DNA of 64,000 bases, from NCBI GenBank assembly GCA_964057225.1, contig OZ059896.1:18972001-19036000 (forward strand), in the 5' to 3' direction. Below, one piece after another: positions 58,301-64,000 of the stretch (its first letter is position 1; every line of letters begins with the position of its first letter). A program made the position numbers and the translations under genes. A model generated the notes under the pieces. That model did not search any database and was not told the origin of the DNA. It saw nothing but the letters and a program-made list of their open reading frames with translations. The stretch is from Auanema rhodensis (lineage: Eukaryota > Animalia > Nematoda).

Positions 58301-61154
58301 AAATCTGATAACACAGATCGATGCAGCTTAAAAATCCGCATCGAATGCACTATACTACATTGAGAAACGCTTAATACAAAAATTAGTTATGATCGTTTGA
58401 AAAATGATGCATTAGTGTATGTTGAGTTTCCATGTACACTCAACATTGCTTCCAAAAACATTTTGACAAAAATTTTTTCGAAAATTTTCAGAATAATTTA
58501 GCAAAAAGTAGATGTTTTCAGATTCCTTTTTTCAAGGCAAAGACGATGGACAATGTTATTCAACGAAAAAATTAATTCTTCAGGGTGAAAATCGAGGATA
58601 TAAGTGTGAACTTATATCAGTTGATATCTCGGTGCATTTTTAAGCTAGCGCAAATCTGATAACACAGATCGATGCAGCTTAAAAATCCGCATCGAATGCA
58701 CTATACTACATTGAGAAACGCTTAATACAAAAATTAGTTATGATCGTTTGAAAAATGATGCATTAGTGTATGTTGAGTTTCCATGTACACTCAACATTGC
58801 TTCCAAAAACATTTTGACAAAAATTTTTTCGAAAATTTTCAGAATAATTTAGCAAAAAGTAGATGTTTTCAGATTCCTTTTTTCAAGGCAAAGACGATGG
58901 ACAATGTTATTCAACGAAAAAATTAATTCTTCAGGGTGAAAATCGAGGATATAAGTGTGAACTTATATCAGTTGATATCTCGGTGCATTTTTAAGCTAGC
59001 GCAAATCTGATAACACAGATCGATGCAGCTTAAAAATCCGCATCGAATGCACTATACTACATTGAGAAACGCTTAATACAAAAATTAGTTATGATCGTTT
59101 GAAAAATGATGCATTAGTGTATGTTGAGTTTCCATGTACACTCAACATTGCTTCCAAAAACATTTTGACAAAAATTTTTTCGAAAATTTTCAGAATAATT
59201 TAGCAAAAAGTAGATGTTTTCAGATTCCTTTTTTCAAGGCAAAGACGATGGACAATGATATTCAACGAAAAAATTAATTCTTCAGGGTGAAAATCGATGA
59301 TATAAGTGTGAACTTATATCAGTTGATATCTCGGTGCATTTTTAAGCTAGCGCAAATCTGATAACACAGATCGATGCAGCTTAAAAATCCGCATCGAATG
59401 CACTATACTACATTGAGAAACGCTTAATACAAAAATTAGTTATGATCGTTTGAAAAATGATGCATTAGTGTATGTTGAGTTTCCATGTACACTCAACATT
59501 GCTTCCAAAAACATTTTGACAAAAATTTTTTCGAAAATTTTCAGAATAATTTAGCAAAAAGTAGATGTTTTCAGATTCCTTTTTTCAAGGCAAAGACGAT
59601 GGACAATGTTATTCAACGAAAAAATTAATTCTTCAGGGTGAAAATCGAGGATATAAGTGTGAACTTATATCAGTTGATATCTCGGTGCATTTTTAAGCTA
59701 GCGCAAATCTGATAACACAGATCGATGCAGCTTAAAAATCCGCATCGAATGCACTATACTACATTGAGAAACGCTTAATACAAAAATTAGTTATGATCGT
59801 TTGAAAAATGATGCATTAGTGTATGTTGAGTTTCCATGTACACTCAACATTGCTTCCAAAAACATTTTGACAAAAATTTTTTCGAAAATTTTCAGAATAA
59901 TTTAGCAAAAAGTAGATGTTTTCAGATTCCTTTTTTCAAGGCAAAGACGATGGACAATGTTATTCAACGAAAAAATTAATTCTTCAGGGTGAAAATCGAG
60001 GATATAAGTGTGAACTTATATCAGTTGATATCTCGGTGCATTTTTAAGCTAGCGCAAATCTGATAACACAGATCGATGCAGCTTAAAAATCCGCATCGAA
60101 TGCACTATACTACATTGAGAAACACTTAATACAAAAATTAGTTATGATCGTTTGAAAAATGATGCATTAGTGTATGTTGAGTTTCCATGTACACTCAACA
60201 TTGCTTCCAAAAACATTTTGACAAAAATTTTTTCGAAAAATTTCAAAATAATTTAGCAAAAAGTAGATGTTTTCAGATTCCTTTTTTCAAGGCAAAGACG
60301 ATGGACAATGTTATTCAACGAAAAAATTAATTCTTCAGGGTGAAAATCGAGGATATGAGTGTGAACTTATATCAGTTGATATCTCGGTGCATTTTTAAGC
60401 TAGCGCAAATCTGATAACACAGATCGACGCAGCTTAAAAATCCGCATCGAATGCACTATACTACATTGAGAAACGCTTAATACGAAAATTAGTTATGATC
60501 GTTTGAAAAATGATGCATTAGTGTATGTTGAGTTTCCATGTACACTCAACATTGCTTCCAAAAACATTTTGACAAAAATTTTTTCGAAAAGTTTCAAGAT
60601 AATTTAGCGAAAAGTAGATGTTTTTAGATTCCTTTTTTCAAGGCAAAGACGATGGACAATGATATTCAACGAAAAAATTAATTCTTCAGGGTGAAAATCG
60701 AGGATATAAGTGTGAACTTATATCAGTTGATATCTCGGTGCATTTTTAAGCTAGCGCAAATCTGATAACACAGATCGACGCAGCTTAAAAATCCGCATCG
60801 AATGCACTATACTACATTGAGAAACGCTTAATACGAAAATTAGTTATGATCGTTTGAAAAATGATGCATTAGTGTATGTTGAGTTTCCATGTACACTCAA
60901 CATTGCTTCCAAAAACATTTTGACAAAAATTTTTTCGAAAAGTTTCAAGATAATTTAGCGAAAAGTAGATGTTTTTAGATTCCTTTTTTCAAGGCAAAGA
61001 CGATGGACAATGATATTCAACGAAAAAATTAATTCTTCAGGGTGAAAATCGAGGATATAAGTGTGAACTTATATCAGTTGATATCTCGGTGCATTTTTAA
61101 GCTAGCGCAAATCAGATAACACAGATCGATGCAGCTTAAAAATCCGCATCGAAT

Positions 61155-61158
61155 GCAC
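61155..61158 (+). other. Target-site duplication GCAC, left copy
   Basis: The empty satellite site reads GAAT-GCAC-TATAC. The filled site reads GAAT-GCAC-[element]-GCAC-TATAC. Confidence 0.95.
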
Positions 61159-61541
61159 TGTCACATCTGCAAGCACATGGTAAACATGTGCGCGCTATTC
61201 AAATAGCGGGAGCCTGAACAAGCCCCGCCCACAACATGGGGCACACATGGCACTCTTGCTTCTGGCCTAACCCAGATAGGTTGTCTTATAGCCATGTGAG
61301 TCTCATCTCTATATCATCTATATATATATACTCTATTTAATACTTTATTAGATCTCTTTATATTCTTTCTTAATGTAATTCTTATATTGTATTTTCTTGT
61401 TATCTGATAATGAATCTTTTTCTCTTTAAGTATTTGTCTTAATAAGGAAATCGGGGCGTTCGGGTCTGCCTACCTAAGGAACAAGGTAGAAGTACATATA
61501 TCTTCCGACCATGAAAAGACGGGAAGAAACAATATGTAACG
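61159..61541 (+). repeat. 5' LTR (383 bp, TGTCACAT...ATGTAACG)
   Basis: Identical to 63510-63892 on base-by-base reading. The termini form an imperfect inverted repeat (TGTCACAT vs ATGTAACG, 6/8). Confidence 0.97.
61164..61330 (+). promoter_or_regulatory. Putative U3 promoter/enhancer of the LTR: five E-boxes, GC box, TA-rich tract
   Basis: CANNTG at 61164 (CATCTG), 61174 (CACATG), 61185 (CATGTG), 61244 (CACATG) and 61293 (CATGTG). CCCCGCCC at 61223-61230 and (TA)6 at 61319-61330. Function is inferred from position only. Confidence 0.45.
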
Positions 61542-61554
61542 TGGAGGTTCCACC
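61542..61554 (+). promoter_or_regulatory. Primer-binding site, tRNA-Gln type (TGGAGGTTCCACC)
   Basis: It starts with TGG immediately after the 5' LTR. The reverse complement GGTGGAACCT-CCA matches the 3' end of eukaryotic tRNA-Gln as I recall it (acceptor stem 5' GGTTCCA / 3' TGGAACC-T-CCA), a 13-nt match. This is not database-verified. Confidence 0.88.
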
Positions 61555-62641
61555 TTGCTTACTTTACTGTTAATTTATTGACATCAAGTTTACGAGACTC
61601 TTGGACTTAATTACCCAACAGTGAGGAGTAACCGAGCCGTGCACCATGATTTCCCCAAAAATTATTTTGGCTACCACTTCTCCTCCGCTCAACAAAAACT
61701 GGGAGGTGTCTGAGACGTTTGGGGAAACTATCAGACAATAGTTTTGACGAGCGTTACCTTTTTGTTATGCACGCGCGTGCTATTTTGATTCATTACTTTA
61801 TGATGTGAATGTCCAGTGTGGCAACAGAGCTCACTTTTTAGCTGAGTTGTTTGGAAGCTGGAGGCTGTTGGGATAATTTTATTTACGATTTTTGATTTTG
61901 ATTCACATCCAAGGGTTCATCAGGGTTCTACTCCTGTTAACTCTTTTCTTATTAGTTCAGAGATAATAAGAATATTTAAATTCCTACCCACCCAAGTCCA
62001 CTCTACGTCTGCCAACGTTTCCTTTTTCCTATATTATTGACAGATTACTGAATTTAAACTCCTATATCAATCTTAAATTACCTTCTAAATCTTTTGAAAT
62101 TAAATTAAAAATTATCTTAATTAAGATTTATTTTGAAATTCTTTCTACAAATCTTAATAAACTTTATAAAATTGAACTTAATATACGAGATGAGACATTT
62201 TTGTTTACTTTAAGCTTACTCACATTCAAATAGTTGGCCCACGCGTACCAGCTGTTCGGCATGTGTAGTCAATAACAGCTGTTAAAATTCAAAAGTTTTC
62301 AAACAGGCTTAAGGCACCATCTGTGATTCCTTATTTGTCTCTAAGCTGACATTAGTGATTATAATATTCAAATATCACGACAGACGGTCAATGGTTGTTT
62401 ACCATAAGCGCTAACATCTGGTGTCGTGACACATGGCTGGAGGCGGAGCTTGAAGCTTCAACGATCCTCCTTCATCAGACGCCATTGTCACAAACGTTTT
62501 TACTGGAATCTAGTTGCTTCCAGTACGCGCTCTTATATTCATCTAACTGTATTCACCAGCCACCATGTCGGACTCGGACATCAGCGAGGACAACAAAGAT
62601 TAGGAACAAGGATCACCAGAGCCATACCTTTTGTATGTCAC

Positions 62642-62908
62642 ACAACAACAAAGAAGAATGAACAACGGTACAATACACGAATTAGAACACAAAATAAAGA
62701 AATTCAGGTTAATGACTTAGTTATGATAAAAGTGAATTCTACACGAAACAAACTAACACCTTCATTCGAAGGGCCTTATTTAGTTACAGCAGTTCAAAGA
62801 TCTTTCGTCGTGGTTTAAACAGATAGAGGAAAAAGCAGAAGAGTACACAAGGACTTCGTCAAACCTTACCAACGGACAACATCTATTCCGGTTATCACAA
62901 TTTCTTGA
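62642..62908 (+). pseudogene. Remnant of Ty3/gypsy integrase C-terminal GPY/F module
   Basis: The frame of ORF 62426-62818 reads KKNEQRYNTRIRTQNKEIQVNDLVMIKVNSTRNKLTPSFEGPYLVTAVQRSFVVV* and continues in frame past TAA (62816-62818) as TDRGKSRRVHKDFVKPYQRTTSIPVITIS* (stop 62906-62908). This fits the gypsy pattern YN...(G)DLV...KL.P.F.GPY.V...VH...KPY, with GPY at 62771-62779. The start coordinate is approximate. Confidence 0.88.
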
Positions 62909-63473
62909 AGGTAGTTTTTTTTAACAAAATCAAATTGTTGAAATTTTTCTTATTTTATTTTGTGCCATTTCTAATTGTAACACTTCTTTGTTGTTGATTG
63001 ATTTTCTCTGAGAAGTCTGCTATTGTTTTACAAAAGTTTGTTTTATTACTCCAACTCTCATTGAGTAGATTTTTTTCAACATTCTCTTGTGAATCATGCT
63101 ATTTTTTATGCTTAATCATTACTTGTATTCACCTTATGGACATTAGTCATACGGGTTAAACGAGTTTTCATTTTTTTTGTACAAAACGAGCTCGACCTAT
63201 TCTCAGGGTAACACCGTACCTGTACAACTCAAGAAAATGAACGACTATATCACAGTCGAATGGTTTAGAAGCAAAGCTCTCGTTTGCAAGCATTTCACTA
63301 CTCAAGTGAATGAAATAGAATCTACTCGATACTACATTTCGAATTCAACAAACTTGAAGAGACAATAGCTAAACTTTCAAATCGTATTGTATACATTTTT
63401 TTTTATCCACTACACCATGATTTTTTTTTCCAACATCCAACTATCTTAAAAAGTGAATTAATTTATTTTGTTT

Positions 63474-63491
63474 TTGAACGAGGACGTTCAA
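63474..63491 (+). promoter_or_regulatory. Pre-PPT hairpin TTGAACG-AGGA-CGTTCAA containing a GAGGAC motif
   Basis: Perfect 7-bp stem with a 4-nt loop, 6 nt upstream of the PPT. It resembles the GAGGAC...TTTAAGGGGG arrangement I recognise from many Ty3/gypsy 3' ends. Confidence 0.7.
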
Positions 63492-63497
63492 CTTTTT

Positions 63498-63509
63498 AAG
63501 GTGGGGGGA
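63498..63509 (+). promoter_or_regulatory. Polypurine tract (AAGGTGGGGGGA), plus-strand primer
   Basis: 11 of 12 bases are purines. It directly abuts the 3' LTR TG and is preceded by a T5 tract. Confidence 0.92.
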
Positions 63510-63892
63510 TGTCACATCTGCAAGCACATGGTAAACATGTGCGCGCTATTCAAATAGCGGGAGCCTGAACAAGCCCCGCCCACAACATGGGGCACACATG
63601 GCACTCTTGCTTCTGGCCTAACCCAGATAGGTTGTCTTATAGCCATGTGAGTCTCATCTCTATATCATCTATATATATATACTCTATTTAATACTTTATT
63701 AGATCTCTTTATATTCTTTCTTAATGTAATTCTTATATTGTATTTTCTTGTTATCTGATAATGAATCTTTTTCTCTTTAAGTATTTGTCTTAATAAGGAA
63801 ATCGGGGCGTTCGGGTCTGCCTACCTAAGGAACAAGGTAGAAGTACATATATCTTCCGACCATGAAAAGACGGGAAGAAACAATATGTAACG
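63510..63892 (+). repeat. 3' LTR (383 bp)
   Basis: Identical to 61159-61541, preceded by the PPT and followed by the TSD GCAC. Confidence 0.97.
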
Positions 63893-63896
63893 GCAC
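63893..63896 (+). other. Target-site duplication GCAC, right copy
   Basis: Second GCAC directly after the 3' LTR end ...GTAACG. Confidence 0.95.
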
Positions 63897-64000
63897 TATA
63901 CTACATTGAGAAACGCTTAATACAAAAATTAGTTATGATCGTTTGAAAAATGATGCATTAGTGTATGTTGAGTTTCCATGTACACTCAACATTGCTTCCA
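63893..64000. repeat. Continuation of the 351-bp satellite after the retroelement (monomer position 88 onward), running off the window end
   Basis: GCACTATACTACATTGAGAAACGCTTAATAC... is the exact continuation of the monomer interrupted at 61158. Confidence 0.99.

Larger units (their letters stand above)
1..61158. repeat. Tandem satellite DNA array, 351-bp monomer, 174 complete copies plus the first 91 bp of copy 175
   Basis: CTTATATCAGTTGATATCTCGG recurs at 1, 352, 703 ... 3511 (period 351). The last monomer starts at 61068 = 1 + 174x351 - 7, matching the seven 1-bp deletions seen (~4366, ~15356, ~17812, ~23076, ~26936, ~29041, ~31497). Copies differ only at a few point positions. The ORF track has nothing in the array. 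Confidence 0.99.
61159..63892 (+). mobile_element. Non-autonomous (internally deleted) Ty3/gypsy-type LTR retrotransposon, 2734 bp
   Basis: Two identical 383-bp direct terminal repeats (offset 2351), a 4-bp TSD, a PBS directly after the 5' LTR, a PPT directly before the 3' LTR and an integrase GPY/F remnant. The internal region is only 1968 bp and has no protease, RT, RNase H or integrase-core ORF. Confidence 0.96.

Noticed and set aside
1-61158. CRISPR array or other prokaryotic repeat-spacer system (palindromic repeats at fixed period)
   Set aside because: The whole 351 bp is repeated, with no unique spacers and no cas genes. The embedded LTR element indicates eukaryotic DNA.
1-61158. Repeat-protein coding sequence (351 = 117 codons)
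   Set aside because: The ORF track shows no ORF in any frame in the array, and 1-bp deletions are tolerated.
61402-61410. Satellite-derived sequence in the LTR (ATCTGATAA shared with the monomer)
   Set aside because: Only 9 bp in AT-rich DNA, compatible with chance. I saw no longer homology between element and satellite.
62395-62661. 88-aa ORF as a real CDS
   Set aside because: It has a TTG start, no recognisable motif, and overlaps the integrase-remnant frame, so it is likely incidental.
62426-62818. 130-aa ORF as an intact gene
   Set aside because: It has a GTG start and only the C-terminal ~60 aa are integrase-like. The homology continues beyond the stop, so it is annotated as a pseudogene fragment.
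63177-63368. Chromodomain in the 63-aa ORF (Y..VEW)
   Set aside because: It lacks the YLVKW.G and TWEP-type motifs and is about 270 bp downstream of the integrase stop in another frame.
61154-63896. 5-bp TSD with LTR ending at ...GTAAC
   Set aside because: It would need a TGCAC/GGCAC mismatch, and the G is shared by both LTR copies. A 4-bp GCAC TSD is more parsimonious.

Overview
This is eukaryotic, non-genic, satellite-type DNA. Bases 1-61158 are a head-to-tail array of a 351-bp AT-rich satellite (~31% GC by my count of monomer 1). It has 174 complete monomers plus a partial 175th, with only 7 one-base deletions seen. Each monomer is built from nested inverted repeats, and the array is organised into local higher-order duplications (2-, 3-, 4-, 5-, 7-, 11- and 15-mers) and regional variant layers. 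Monomer 175 is cleanly interrupted by a 2734-bp, very young, non-autonomous Ty3/gypsy-type LTR retroelement (61159-63892). The element has two identical 383-bp LTRs with non-canonical TG...CG ends, a 4-bp GCAC target-site duplication and a tRNA-Gln-type primer-binding site abutting the 5' LTR. It also has a structured leader, a stop-interrupted remnant of the integrase GPY/F C-terminal module, and a hairpin plus polypurine tract before the 3' LTR. The satellite resumes in exact register at 63893. There are no intact genes, RNA genes or CRISPR arrays. The organism, the satellite family and any centromeric role cannot be established from the sequence alone. The best candidate for an undescribed system is the pairing of this satellite with a possibly satellite-targeting non-autonomous retroelement and an unseen autonomous helper.
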